Virus record (IMG/VR): IMGVR_UViG_3300025267_003651 | Span: 1 to 32,288 of that record | Length of the DNA: 32,288 nt | From: a virus | Lineage: Duplodnaviria; Caudoviricetes | Reading direction: 5' to 3' (one strand) | Shown here: piece by piece, positions 1-9,448 of the stretch | Layout of the letters: each line of letters opens with the position of its first letter | Numbering within the stretch: position 1 is the first letter of the stretch | Notes under the pieces: generated by a model | What the model saw: only the letters and a program-made list of their open reading frames with translations | Databases searched by the model: none | What the model was told of the DNA's origin: nothing | Position numbers and translations under genes: made by a program

Positions 1-396
1 TCAGGGGGCCTTGAAGGCTCCGGCGGCTTGGAGGTCCCTGAGGTCGCGCAGCTCGCCAGGATCGCCCCCAGCGCCAGCAGCAGACCCAGACGCATAGCCC
101 GCATCGAACGCGCCACGGCATTGTCCTTTCCAGAAAGCGGAGATCTGCGCGGCGTCGTCCCGCTCATGATCGGCCGCCGCATTGATGATGTCGTCCCGCG
201 CCCGGATCTCGGCCGCCGCATTGCGCAGCGCATCCCGCGCGGCGAGCAGCGCCTGATCCCTGACCGCGATCTTGTCAGCCGCGCGGTCCAGGCGGGCCTG
301 GGGGCCGATCAAAGGGGTGAAGTGATAGCCGGCGACCACCAGGGCCACGGCCGCGCCTGCGCCGGCCAGACGGAGCGCCAGGGCTGAGCCAATCAC
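1..396 (-). CDS. Putative Rz-like inner-membrane spanin / lysis accessory protein
   Basis: N-terminal hydrophobic segment followed by an Ala/Arg-rich coiled coil, directly downstream of the endolysin. GTG at 396 overlaps the endolysin stop (GTGA); the ORF track start is 402. Confidence 0.5.
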   Translation of the reverse strand: MIGSALALRLAGAGAAVALVVAGYHFTPLIGPQARLDRAADKIAVRDQALLAARDALRNAAAEIRARDDIINAAADHERDDAAQISAFWKGQCRGAFDAGYASGSAAGAGGDPGELRDLRDLQAAGAFKAP

Positions 397-836
397 AGCC
401 ACAACCCCTGTTGAATGGCCGAGCCCGCCTTGCCAGCCTGGGTCAGGACCTGCTGGCGCATTCGCGGGGCGAAGCTGATGTGGACCACCTTGCGGCTGGT
501 CTCCAGGATCAGCTGGTCGAACTTGATCCCGCTGTCGCGAATCCGCTTGGCCACCTCGTAGGCGCTGAGGCCATGGACCATGATGTCGGCCGCGTTGCCC
601 TGGGCATGGTCGGAGGTCTTCACCCCGCCCACGGCGCGGTTCACCGCCGGGTTGCGATAGGCGGAATTTACGGTGATCGGGCGATCGCCCAGCAGGGTCC
701 GCACCTTCTCCAGGTTGGCGGCCAAGCGCTGCAGGTTGGCCTGGTGCGCCTTGGTTGGGGTGTTGGCGATCTTCAAGGCGTCGGCCGTGTCCGATCGCGT
801 GAACTCGGCCAGGGTGAAGTGCGGGCTCAGCTGCAC
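393..836 (-). CDS. Endolysin, peptidase M15A family (Zn D-Ala-D-Ala carboxypeptidase fold)
   Basis: Motifs LSPHFTLAEF, NSAYRNPAVNRAVGG, SDH..GNAADI, FDQLILE and VHIS; strong RBS AAGGAGG. Confidence 0.9.
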   Translation of the reverse strand: MQLSPHFTLAEFTRSDTADALKIANTPTKAHQANLQRLAANLEKVRTLLGDRPITVNSAYRNPAVNRAVGGVKTSDHAQGNAADIMVHGLSAYEVAKRIRDSGIKFDQLILETSRKVVHISFAPRMRQQVLTQAGKAGSAIQQGLWL

Positions 837-896
837 GCTGGCCTCCTTCTGTTGAGGTGGTGGGGAATGGCGGCCATCACGCCGGCCGCCAGTGCG

Positions 897-1295
897 TCAG
901 TCGTCGTCGCGCTCAGACCCGATCGCCAGCCGGCCGAGCTTGGTCTCGGCCTCGACCTTCACGGCCGCCAGGCTGACCACGATCACCATCACGGACACGG
1001 CCTGGAAGATGGCCAGCCCGCCCAGCAGCTTGAGCTGCAGGGCCTGGTGCTCCACCTGCCAGCCGCCCCGCCACAGGATCAGGATCAGCGCCAGCTCCAG
1101 GCCGCACAGGGCAGGGCCCGCCAGGATCAACGCCCACAGGCGGATCGGCGCGGCCAGCAGCAATGATTTCCACACCAGGCGCAGAGACGGCCCGCTGCGG
1201 GGCCGCGGAGGGGGGCGCTGGCGATGAACCCAGGCATAGCACCCACCGGCCACGGCGATGGCCAGGGCGAGCAGGACGAACCCAGCCCACATCAC
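897..1295 (-). CDS. Multi-TM membrane protein, putative holin
   Basis: About three hydrophobic segments and a charged C-terminus, immediately upstream of the endolysin. Confidence 0.5.
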   Translation of the reverse strand: MMWAGFVLLALAIAVAGGCYAWVHRQRPPPRPRSGPSLRLVWKSLLLAAPIRLWALILAGPALCGLELALILILWRGGWQVEHQALQLKLLGGLAIFQAVSVMVIVVSLAAVKVEAETKLGRLAIGSERDDD

Positions 1296-1660
1296 CCCTG
1301 CCCCCGGATGCCGATCGCCGCCAGGCCGGACACGACGATGGCCATCAGCCAGGGCGCGTACTTCGTCACCCAGGCGCCAACCCCCAGGGCGCCGTCCTGC
1401 CGGTCTCGCGCCGCCTCCAGGCTATCGATCCGCTTGAAGGCGGCGTTCAGCTTCTCGTTCTGGGCCTCAATCTGGCGCTCATACTCCCGCGCCTCAATCT
1501 TGATCACCCGCTCGCGCACATCATCCACCTTGAGCCCCATGGCTTCGACCTGACGGCCTAGACCGCTCACAGCGTCGGTCAGACCGCGAAGGGCGTGGAT
1601 CTCGGCCATGCTCACAGCCTCAGGCTTGGCGACAGGCATCATGAGTTCATCGGCGGACAA
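1292..1660 (-). CDS. Lysis-cassette coiled-coil protein with C-terminal TM (XhlA-like architecture)
   Basis: Heptad coiled coil followed by a hydrophobic tail; TTG start with GGAGG 5 nt upstream; 4-nt overlap with the next gene. Confidence 0.55.
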   Translation of the reverse strand: MSADELMMPVAKPEAVSMAEIHALRGLTDAVSGLGRQVEAMGLKVDDVRERVIKIEAREYERQIEAQNEKLNAAFKRIDSLEAARDRQDGALGVGAWVTKYAPWLMAIVVSGLAAIGIRGQG

Positions 1661-1697
1661 GGCGGCCTCCGGGGTTGGGTACGAGATGGATGGAGCC

Positions 1698-1712
1698 GCG
1701 AACGCCGTTCGC
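1698..1712. repeat. Dispersed 15-bp palindrome copy 1 (GCGAACGCCGTTCGC), intergenic upstream of the lysis genes
   Basis: Read directly from the sequence. Confidence 0.9.
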
Positions 1713-1752
1713 CGCAGCGCCGGCGTCCCCCAGGGGTCGATCAGCTCGGCCG

Positions 1753-1782
1753 TTGAGGTTCTCCAGGCGATAGCGGTAGAGT
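1753..1782 (+). promoter_or_regulatory. Possible sigma70-type promoter for the counter-oriented moron gene
   Basis: TTGAGG-N18-TAGAGT, followed by GGAG and a GTG start at 1811. Confidence 0.3.
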
Positions 1783-1810
1783 GTCGGCCTCTCGATGCTG
1801 GAGCCGCACA

Positions 1811-2119
1811 GTGGACGCCGAGCTTCTTGCGCGCTTTGCCTTTGTCGCCGTGCTTGTGATCGGCCTGGGCAAGATCGTCATCTGGAGCCTCGATCAGGAG
1901 GCGGCGCCCATTCCAGATCGAGCGCCCAGGTGCGCCGGGCTTCTGCAGGTCATAAGCGACAACGGCGGCTGGATTTCAGAGACCGACGCCCCGCGAGAGG
2001 AGATCGCCGACGCAGAGCGCGGCGGCTACATCCAGAACGACGGCCTGCACGGCAACGGCTACCTTCTCACCAAGCGCGGGCGCAAGGCGCTGGCTCTGTG
2101 GTCAGGCCGACACGCCTAG
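1811..2119 (+). CDS. Moron-like small membrane protein (N-terminal TM, winged-helix-like C-terminus)
   Basis: Fills the gap between tail fibre and lysis genes in the opposite orientation. GGAG RBS; TM FAFVAVLVIGLGKIVIW; C-terminal GYI...GYLLTKRGRKAL resembles a wHTH wing and helix. Confidence 0.6.
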   Translation: MDAELLARFAFVAVLVIGLGKIVIWSLDQEAAPIPDRAPRCAGLLQVISDNGGWISETDAPREEIADAERGGYIQNDGLHGNGYLLTKRGRKALALWSGRHA

Positions 2120-5113
2120 CTCCGGCACGTCGATCTGGGCCTGGGCAAACACCGCCGCCTGCCCCGCTGCGTTCATGTGGATCAAGTCGGCCATGACCCT
2201 CGCCGCATCCCAGGTCACCCGGTCGTTGGCGTCGGTCACGGACGCGGCCACGTCGATGACCCGATGGGGGCCGAAATAGTCGCCCAGCACGTCGGCGTTC
2301 TGGTTGTCGCGCAGGGTCTGGGCTCCGGTGCGTGGGGGGAAGGTGCAAAGCACCGGCTCCGCGCCGATGGCCTCCACGGCCGCAATGATAATGGCCAGAT
2401 TGGCGCGCCAGGCGTTCAGGTCCGTGTCGTTCGTCCCCATGGCGAGGACGACGCGGCGCGGGCGCAGGGCCTGGAGGTCGGTCGCCATCCGCAGCATGAA
2501 GTTGGCCGTTTCGTCCCCGCCGCGGGCGCAGACCAGACGGCGGCCGGGCTGGAGCGCGGCCAGCTGGTTCATCCAGCTTGAGCCGACGCTAGGATCGTTC
2601 GATCCCTCGCCATTGCTGTCGCCGATGAAGAGGGTGTCCAGGCGACGGACGCTGTCGGCCCAGGCGGCGAAATAGAGCGCCTTCACGCCCGACCCATCGT
2701 GATCAACCACCCCCGGCTTGCCGTGGAAGAAGGGGCGCCGCGACGGCGTCGCGCTGGCGGTGTAGTCGTAGGTCGCCGTCGCCGTCGCCTGGGTGCGGGC
2801 GTTCGTCACGGTCGCGGTGATGACCAGGTCGTCGCGCTTGACGGTCAGCATAAGGATGTCCCCGACCGTGAGCGCCGCCGACAGGGGCGCGCTGGTGACA
2901 AGGGTTCCGGCGCTGCTGGAGCCGTCATAGGTGTAGAGGCCAAGCGTGCCCGCCGCGCCGTCAATGATGGCCTGGCCGCCGGAGAAACCCTCCTGCGGGT
3001 CGGACGAGATGCCGAACGCGCCTGAGGCGTCCAGCACCTCCAGGCGCGCAATGATCGTGCGGAAGCCGGCGCTGGAATAGTCGTCGAAGTACGCCGCCAC
3101 GTCCCAGCCGCCCGCGCCCGGCGCGATCAGGCCATCGCTCACGGTCCAGCCGCCATTCTCCACCCACCCGGAGGGCAGGCTCGCCCCGCGGAAGGTCTCG
3201 CGGACCTGATAAACCGGCGCGTTGAAATCGTCGCCGGCCAGACCTGTACCGGCCTCGAGCGCCGCCACGCGCGGGGCGAGCGCCTGACCATTGACGGACG
3301 CCTCGAAGGCCAGGGCGACCGTGTTGCTGGCGCTGGAGATCGTCGTCGTGTCACCGACGTTCACCAGTGCGGCGGCGGTCGTTGACCAGATCCCAGGCAG
3401 GGTGGCGGCGGCATAGCGGGGCCGGCCGCCGGACACCGACTTGAACCCGATCAGCGACCCGGCCGCCGCCACGAGGCCCTGGAAATCCGAGAAGGTCTGA
3501 ACGCCGGACGCGCCCCAGGTCCAGAGGAAGGACGCGATCAGTTCATAGCTGCCGCCGGCCACCGGCGAAGACGCGCCATCGGCTGGGGCTGCGACAAACA
3601 CCAGCCCGGACCCCGCCGCGCTCATGCGGGCGCTGAAGCTGTCCAGGCGACTCAGTGTCGTCAGATGGGACTTGGAGAACCAGCAGAAGCTGGCGCTCGC
3701 CGTCGCGCCATCGGGGTCGGTATCGCCGCCGTCGATGGCGGTCAGGTCAAGCCCCAGCCCCACCGCAAGCCGCGTGGAGGCCAGTCCATCTTGCGTGGCG
3801 GAAAGGCCGCCCGCCGTCGCCGTGGTCGTCGCCGTGACCGCCGCGAGTTGACCCGCGACGTTGTCGGCGTCGGATAGCACATCGAAGCTTAGGGCCACTG
3901 TGTTCGTGGCGGTCAAGATGTCGGCAGTGTCGCCCTCGCCGCTGACGTCCGCCGCATTGAAGTAGGCTGACGCGCCACCGGTCACATACCGGAGGAGCCC
4001 GCCAGTCAGCCATTTGTAGTGAACCCGCGCCCCGACAGGCAGCCACCGGCCGCCGAAGTCCAGGAAGGTGTTCGCTCCGGCCGCGACCGTCACAGGGAAG
4101 GTCGCCACAAGCTCATAGGTCGAACCGCTGACCAGCTCATAGACCTGGATTTCGCCAGTGCCGGATGCCGACATGCGCAAGCTCACGCTTGCCAGCGGCC
4201 CCGGCGCAGCCACCGCGGCCGCGGGACCGAAGATGAGACTCGTATTGCCGTTGGACGTGTTCGGCGTCGTGACCCCGATGGTCGTCGTGTCCACCCCTGA
4301 AAGATCGGTACCGAGGTGCGCCTTCACGGCCGGCACGGCTTGGGCCGAGGTGGCGGCGGCGTCCCGCGCCGCCACCGCCGCGTCTCGGGCCGCCTCGGCC
4401 TCGATGGTCACGTCGCCGGCCGGCGCGAACAGCGTCACCAGATGGCCGTCCGCCGCAAACCCGCCCTGGCCCGCCAGATAGGCCACCGGCACGGACCAGT
4501 AGCCGCCGGCGTCCGTGGGCGCGCCCGTGACGCTGAAAACCAGCAGCTTTCCTGTTGCAGCTTCCAGCAGGGTCCAGATCCCCTTGGGCGTCCCGGTCGG
4601 CGCACCGAAGGCCTCGATCCAGCCGGAGACGTCCGCCCCGCCGCGCTCCAGGTCGTCCACATAGATCGCCGTGGCCGAGCCGGGCACGCTGTCATTCAGG
4701 CGCAGACCGCCATCGCCGGGGTCACTCGCGTCCGTCTCCTCCGCAAAGCTGAACGACACCCCACCCGGATCACCCTTGGCCATCTGCTCGCGCAGCTTGG
4801 CCAGACCCGGGATTCGCTCCAGCGTCCCGTCCGGCAACAGGATGTCGACCTCGCCGTCGCCGTCCGGCCCGCCGTCGTGGGGCGTGGTGGTGAAAGCGAA
4901 CTGGTTCAACACGAAGCCGTTCTGCCGCCCGAGCACGTTCAGCGCCGTCCGCATCGTCTCGGCCGGCAGGGCGTTGTCGCCCCCCAGCCAGTTCTGGAAG
5001 ATCGACCTGGCCGCGGCCTTGGCCGCGGCCAGGTCGTCAAACGCCACCCCCTGGTCCGTCAGCAGGTCGAACAGCTGATCTACCATGGCCTCTGTCGTGA
5101 TCGACGTCGGCAT
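2102..5113 (-). CDS. Tail fibre/spike receptor-binding protein with C-terminal SGNH/GDSL hydrolase
   Basis: 1003 aa, Gly/Ala/Thr-rich, at the end of the tail module. SGNH blocks: FIGDS, RGGDE, MGTND, DLIHMN. Confidence 0.85.
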   Translation of the reverse strand: MPTSITTEAMVDQLFDLLTDQGVAFDDLAAAKAAARSIFQNWLGGDNALPAETMRTALNVLGRQNGFVLNQFAFTTTPHDGGPDGDGEVDILLPDGTLERIPGLAKLREQMAKGDPGGVSFSFAEETDASDPGDGGLRLNDSVPGSATAIYVDDLERGGADVSGWIEAFGAPTGTPKGIWTLLEAATGKLLVFSVTGAPTDAGGYWSVPVAYLAGQGGFAADGHLVTLFAPAGDVTIEAEAARDAAVAARDAAATSAQAVPAVKAHLGTDLSGVDTTTIGVTTPNTSNGNTSLIFGPAAAVAAPGPLASVSLRMSASGTGEIQVYELVSGSTYELVATFPVTVAAGANTFLDFGGRWLPVGARVHYKWLTGGLLRYVTGGASAYFNAADVSGEGDTADILTATNTVALSFDVLSDADNVAGQLAAVTATTTATAGGLSATQDGLASTRLAVGLGLDLTAIDGGDTDPDGATASASFCWFSKSHLTTLSRLDSFSARMSAAGSGLVFVAAPADGASSPVAGGSYELIASFLWTWGASGVQTFSDFQGLVAAAGSLIGFKSVSGGRPRYAAATLPGIWSTTAAALVNVGDTTTISSASNTVALAFEASVNGQALAPRVAALEAGTGLAGDDFNAPVYQVRETFRGASLPSGWVENGGWTVSDGLIAPGAGGWDVAAYFDDYSSAGFRTIIARLEVLDASGAFGISSDPQEGFSGGQAIIDGAAGTLGLYTYDGSSSAGTLVTSAPLSAALTVGDILMLTVKRDDLVITATVTNARTQATATATYDYTASATPSRRPFFHGKPGVVDHDGSGVKALYFAAWADSVRRLDTLFIGDSNGEGSNDPSVGSSWMNQLAALQPGRRLVCARGGDETANFMLRMATDLQALRPRRVVLAMGTNDTDLNAWRANLAIIIAAVEAIGAEPVLCTFPPRTGAQTLRDNQNADVLGDYFGPHRVIDVAASVTDANDRVTWDAARVMADLIHMNAAGQAAVFAQAQIDVPELGVSA

Positions 5114-5115
5114 GG

Positions 5116-5370
5116 TCAGTTGGCCTTCGGCGCTTGCGACGGCTTGGTGGCGCGCTCAGCCTCGGCCGCCTCGGCCTTGACCGCCGTGCGCGCCAGATGG
5201 TCGCCGATCTCCCGGCCCTTCTGCTCGGCGCGCGCCTGGTGCAGCCGGTGTGCGAGCGCCGCGCGCGCCGCCGCCAACCGATCCTCTTCCTCGCGCATCT
5301 CGAAATACTTTTCGAGCAGCTGCGCATAGTCGTTCGCCGCCGGTTGAACCGGCGGAGGGGCCTTGGCCAT
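5116..5370 (-). CDS. Small helical hypothetical protein (possible tail fibre chaperone)
   Basis: Tightly packed between the tail tip and fibre genes; GGAGG RBS. Confidence 0.6.
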   Translation of the reverse strand: MAKAPPPVQPAANDYAQLLEKYFEMREEEDRLAAARAALAHRLHQARAEQKGREIGDHLARTAVKAEAAEAERATKPSQAPKAN

Positions 5371-5379
5371 CACGGCCTC

Positions 5380-8300
5380 CTATTTCTTGAGTTCGGTGAC
5401 GACGATCGTCGTCTTCACGTGCTGGTTCGAGCCGGTGGAACCGCCGGTCTGGCTGCAGGTGACATGATAGCTGGCCGTGCCGGAGCCCGGCGTGTGCAGG
5501 CCGATGATCGGGATGGTGTGGGAAAACGGACCCTGGAAGGAAGATGAGCCGCGGTCCACCTCGATCCCGTTGCAGTAGAGCACCGCGATGACGCCGCTTT
5601 CGCCGCCGCCGGTCTGGGCCACCGTGCAGGCGACGCTCACGGTGTGCTGCGCGCCCGTGCTGGTGTGGTTGTGGGTCAGCACCGAGACCGGCGAGCCGGC
5701 GATGCCTGTTGAAGAGCTTTCGGAATGGGCGCTCAGGCTGGACACCGCGCCGCCCACAAGCGAGTCGGTGACGATCGAGCCGGCCGTGACCCGGTCAACC
5801 TCGAAGTCCGTGGCCCGCACCACCCCGCCGACAATCGAGAACGGGTAGACGTCCGTCGTGCCGTCGGTGAATCCCACTTCATCGAACAGGAACAGGATCG
5901 ATGAAATCGTCCCATCGTTCTGTGAGAGGGTCCCGGCGACCTTCCCATTGACGTCCAACGCCAGCGTATAGGCCGCTCCGAAGTCCGACGACACCTGCGC
6001 CAGGATCGTGATCGCGCCCGACCAGGTCCCGCCAAACGCCACCTCCAGCTGCTGCAGGAACTGCGCCCCCGCGCTCTCGCTATCGACCCAGGTCCGAGTC
6101 TCCGCGATCGCCGCGGCCAGGTCGTCGCCGATCTGCGACACCACGGCGTCCAGGTGCGCGGCCACCGTAGAGCCTTCGCCCTCGTCCCAGATCAGCGTGT
6201 CCTTCTGCAGGATCATCGACTGGCCGTCTTCGCCCTGAACGGCGATGGCCTTGGTCCGCGTCCAGAGGGAGCGGTCGCCCTCCTCCCACATCTCGTCTTC
6301 GTCGATCAGGATCCGCTTGACCCGCCGGCCCTGATGGAACGTCTCGGTCAGCATCTGACCGCGCTCCTCGTCCAGCCGCAGATAGGCCTCCGCCAACCCC
6401 GCCGTCAGCGCAGACCCCTGCGCTGACACGCCCTCGAAATAGGCCACCAGCTCTCCGGGCGTGTAACCGCCAATCTCCCGCACGCCGCTGGAGATCAGAT
6501 CGCCGGTCGTGACAATGCCCAGGTCCAGGCCAAGATCGCCCTCGACGCCGCGAGCCGAGCGGTAGCGGATCCGCACGTGATAGGGCGTGCGCGGCAACAG
6601 GCCCCGAAGTTCGATGCGCCGCACGCTGGCCGGGTGCTCAGTCGAGACCCAATCGCCGTACTGGCCAGCGCCCAGGTCCAGCACCAGGCGGTGATCAGCG
6701 ATCACGCCAGAGATGGTCGGATTGTCGATCTCGCCGGTGACGATGATCGCCGGCATGGCCCCGTCAGGCCCCTCTAGCACCCCGCCCACGGCCACCCAGC
6801 TGCCGAGGTCCGGCGCGCCCACATAGGACGGGTCGGCCCCGTCGAAGCCCGGCGTCGGCGGCGCCACGTCAGTCCGCCCCAGGGCGAAGTCGTGCTTGGC
6901 GTCCGTCTCGGTCTGACAGACCGAGGTCACCATGCCGCTGTCCGGATCGATGGTCCGACCCAGGATCAGGACCTTGCGGTTCTCCAGCCCGATCTCCGGC
7001 TCATCCACGGTGATGCAGTCGCCAGGCTTGTAGCCCACATAGCGCGGCTTGGACGGCAGGACGATCGGGCCGATCTCGCGGCTGTTGACGATGTCATAGG
7101 CCGCCAGCTGGGCGGCCTGCGCCGGGTCCTGGACCAGGGAATACTCGACCTCGCGCGAACGGCGTTCGCCGCCGTCCTCGGTCACATAGGTCGTCGCGAC
7201 CACAGGCGCGTTGGCCACCACCTGCCACTGGTGCGCCTCCGAGCGATAGCGGGGGACGATGGTGTTGATCCGCGCCCGCCGGCTCTGGGTCGCGGTGATC
7301 TGCGCCTCGCCCAGCAGGTCAGCGCCGGTCCAGGGATCGCTGGCGTTCAAGCTGACCCGGGGCGCATTGACGATGCAGCTGATCCGCGCGCCCAGCTTCA
7401 TCGGCGCGCCACCGCCGGCCTGCAGCATGGCCTTCAGCGCTTCCCACTTGGAGTCCGCCGAACTGACCACGCCACCGGTGATCCAGCCGTTGGCCTCGCA
7501 CACATTGGCGCCCTCGACGAAGGCGGCTACGTCGATCATCTCCAGGGGCGCGCCAAGTCCATGGGTCAGCACCCCATTGGCCCGGCGGCCGATGCAGAAG
7601 GTCAGGCCCTGCAGGAACGGGTTGTCGGCGCCCTCAAAGGTCCAGGTCGTCTCGTCATCCGACCGGCAGGCTCCAGAGCCCCCCGGATAGGTGCTGTCCA
7701 AGCGAGGGTCATAGACCGCCACCCCATTGACCACCCAGGTCGGCTTGGGCGCCCCGCCGGCATAGATCTCCTGGTCGTAGTGCAGCACGAACCACGAGGC
7801 AGCCAGGCCCGACACCTTGTGATCGTCCGTCCACTCCGGAATCCAGCCGTCCGGCACGCCAGGATAGGGAAAGGGTCCGCTCGGCTTCGCGCCCAGCTGG
7901 TGGCGGGTCCACATGGCGCCGGCGAACTTGGTGTTGGTCGCCAGCTCATCGGCGAAGGTCACCAGCTCATCATTGGCCGACAGGCTCTCGATGCTCTGAA
8001 CCGGCCCCGCCGACAGCACGGTGCAGAAGGCCAGGTGCGAATTCTTGTTCGCCTCGCCCGAGGTGTTGGCGTGGACAATCACGCCGCCGGTCCCGGTGCG
8101 GCCCAGCACCATGGGGATGCCGGCATTGGGGTCGGCCTTGAAGTCGATTTGCGAGCCGCCGCTGTCGCCGGCGCCGATCTTCGGCGGCCCGGCCAGGGCG
8201 CCGCCCACGGTCGCCACCAAGCTCCAGGCGCCCACCGCCGCCCCGAGCCCGGCCGCGCCGCCCAGCGCCAGGACCGCAGAGCTGACCGCGCCGGCGACGG

Positions 8301-8382
8301 CATAGCCCGTGGCCGTGGTGCCGACGATCGTCAGGGCCGCGCTGGCGGCCCAGGTGGCGACGGCTACGGCCGCTTGGGGCAT
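5380..8382 (-). CDS. Tail tip / central fibre protein (lambda J-like, Phage-tail_3, FN3-like segment)
   Basis: 1000 aa. Contains a VYDPRLDST motif, PGDCITV, an FN3-like LRGLLPRTPYHVRIRY segment and a J-like C-terminal YTLALDVNGKVAG; position matches. Confidence 0.85.
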   Translation of the reverse strand: MPQAAVAVATWAASAALTIVGTTATGYAVAGAVSSAVLALGGAAGLGAAVGAWSLVATVGGALAGPPKIGAGDSGGSQIDFKADPNAGIPMVLGRTGTGGVIVHANTSGEANKNSHLAFCTVLSAGPVQSIESLSANDELVTFADELATNTKFAGAMWTRHQLGAKPSGPFPYPGVPDGWIPEWTDDHKVSGLAASWFVLHYDQEIYAGGAPKPTWVVNGVAVYDPRLDSTYPGGSGACRSDDETTWTFEGADNPFLQGLTFCIGRRANGVLTHGLGAPLEMIDVAAFVEGANVCEANGWITGGVVSSADSKWEALKAMLQAGGGAPMKLGARISCIVNAPRVSLNASDPWTGADLLGEAQITATQSRRARINTIVPRYRSEAHQWQVVANAPVVATTYVTEDGGERRSREVEYSLVQDPAQAAQLAAYDIVNSREIGPIVLPSKPRYVGYKPGDCITVDEPEIGLENRKVLILGRTIDPDSGMVTSVCQTETDAKHDFALGRTDVAPPTPGFDGADPSYVGAPDLGSWVAVGGVLEGPDGAMPAIIVTGEIDNPTISGVIADHRLVLDLGAGQYGDWVSTEHPASVRRIELRGLLPRTPYHVRIRYRSARGVEGDLGLDLGIVTTGDLISSGVREIGGYTPGELVAYFEGVSAQGSALTAGLAEAYLRLDEERGQMLTETFHQGRRVKRILIDEDEMWEEGDRSLWTRTKAIAVQGEDGQSMILQKDTLIWDEGEGSTVAAHLDAVVSQIGDDLAAAIAETRTWVDSESAGAQFLQQLEVAFGGTWSGAITILAQVSSDFGAAYTLALDVNGKVAGTLSQNDGTISSILFLFDEVGFTDGTTDVYPFSIVGGVVRATDFEVDRVTAGSIVTDSLVGGAVSSLSAHSESSSTGIAGSPVSVLTHNHTSTGAQHTVSVACTVAQTGGGESGVIAVLYCNGIEVDRGSSSFQGPFSHTIPIIGLHTPGSGTASYHVTCSQTGGSTGSNQHVKTTIVVTELKK
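7155..7169. repeat. Dispersed palindrome copy 2 (GCGAACGGCGTTCGC), inside the tail tip gene
   Basis: Read directly from the sequence; encodes G-E-R-R-S-R on the minus strand. Confidence 0.9.
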
Positions 8383-8807
8383 GGGGAGGCCCTCCAGGCG
8401 ATGGCGATGTCTCGCGGTTGCACGACGCCGCAGCGACCTTCCAGGAACCCCAGTGCGCGGCCGTTGCCGAGCGCCACCATCAGCGCCACCCAGCCCTCGC
8501 CCTCGTCGCTGTCAGCCTGCAGGCCGATCAGGTCGCCGACCAGCACCCGCGCTGGGGCGATGCGCGCCAGGCCGTGATCATCGACGGCCGCCGCCAGACT
8601 CTCATAGCCGGCCCGCTTCACCGCCCGCACCGCCCCAGTCAGGCTCGAATAGCTGCCGGCCTTGGCCAGGCTGACCTTGTGCCCCAGCCTCTTCAGGTGA
8701 AAGGCCGCCAGCCGGGCGCAGTCGTCCCGGCCCCAGGCCAGACGCCGGCCATCAAACCGCGCCAGGGTCGCCTGGGCGGCGGCCTGTCGGAGCTGCAGCG
8801 GGTTCAA
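8364..8807 (-). CDS. Tail assembly NlpC/P60-like protein (DUF6950-type)
   Basis: WGRDDCA catalytic Cys motif and VGDLI; canonical position before the tail tip gene. Confidence 0.75.
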   Translation of the reverse strand: MNPLQLRQAAAQATLARFDGRRLAWGRDDCARLAAFHLKRLGHKVSLAKAGSYSSLTGAVRAVKRAGYESLAAAVDDHGLARIAPARVLVGDLIGLQADSDEGEGWVALMVALGNGRALGFLEGRCGVVQPRDIAIAWRASPCPKRP

Positions 8808-9445
8808 CGGAACACGCTCCGCGCCACATCGGTCAGCTGATCCTTCAGGTCGGTGACCACCCCCGGCCGAGGCTCGTCCCGCCCCCAGGGCAACTGGCGC
8901 TGGGTCGCGGTCACGAACTCCAGGCCCAGCTCCCCGGGCCAGGCGGCCTGGTGGAAGGCGTCGGACAGGCGCACGCCCTCGCGCACCTCGAAGAACCGCT
9001 CGAAGGCCGAGACCACCTCCAGCGTGACGCTCAAAGCCCCCTGCCCGACCCGCAAGGTCGGCACGTCCACCTCGCCCAGGAACAATGCCTCCGGCGTGCC
9101 GATCGGCGCCCCGGTCGACAGATCCGCCACCCCTTGCCAGAAGGTCACGCGCGCCCCCTGCCGGCTGGGCTGCGCCAGGGTCGCGGCGGCCGCGCGCGTG
9201 GGCGGCAGCAGGGTCACCTGCAGGGACGGCGCCTCGTCCTCCACCCCATCGGTGATCGCCTCCACCTGGCCCAGCACGCCATAGGCGTCATCCACGCCCA
9301 CAAAGGTCTTGCCCGAAAAGCTGACCTCGCCCGCTCCTCGCAACAGCCGCAGCCACGCCCCGCCCCCCAGGTCCAACTCGAAGGCCTCGAACAGCAGCAG
9401 GGCGGGCGCGGCATAGGCCGCACCCTGTTCCGGCGAAAGGCTCAT
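8804..9445 (-). CDS. Minor tail / baseplate hub protein (lambda L- or DUF2163-like)
   Basis: Lies between Dit and NlpC; C-terminal HQAAWPGELGLEFV..LPWG motif typical of this family. Confidence 0.7.
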   Translation of the reverse strand: MSLSPEQGAAYAAPALLLFEAFELDLGGGAWLRLLRGAGEVSFSGKTFVGVDDAYGVLGQVEAITDGVEDEAPSLQVTLLPPTRAAAATLAQPSRQGARVTFWQGVADLSTGAPIGTPEALFLGEVDVPTLRVGQGALSVTLEVVSAFERFFEVREGVRLSDAFHQAAWPGELGLEFVTATQRQLPWGRDEPRPGVVTDLKDQLTDVARSVFR

Positions 9446-9448
9446 GGG

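Noticed and set aside
1698-1712. Palindrome interpreted as a LexA/SOS box or CRISPR repeat
   Set aside because: The Gram-positive box is GAAC-N4-GTTC and the alphaproteobacterial box is GTTC-N7-GTTC, whereas this motif has an N3 spacer. Copies are kilobases apart and mostly intragenic, so they are not an array.
6892-8577. 561-aa plus-strand ORF, and similar long ORFs at 10201-11691, 16759-18108, 17951-19678 and 4316-5329
   Set aside because: Antisense shadows of clear structural genes in GC-rich DNA, with no recognisable motifs.
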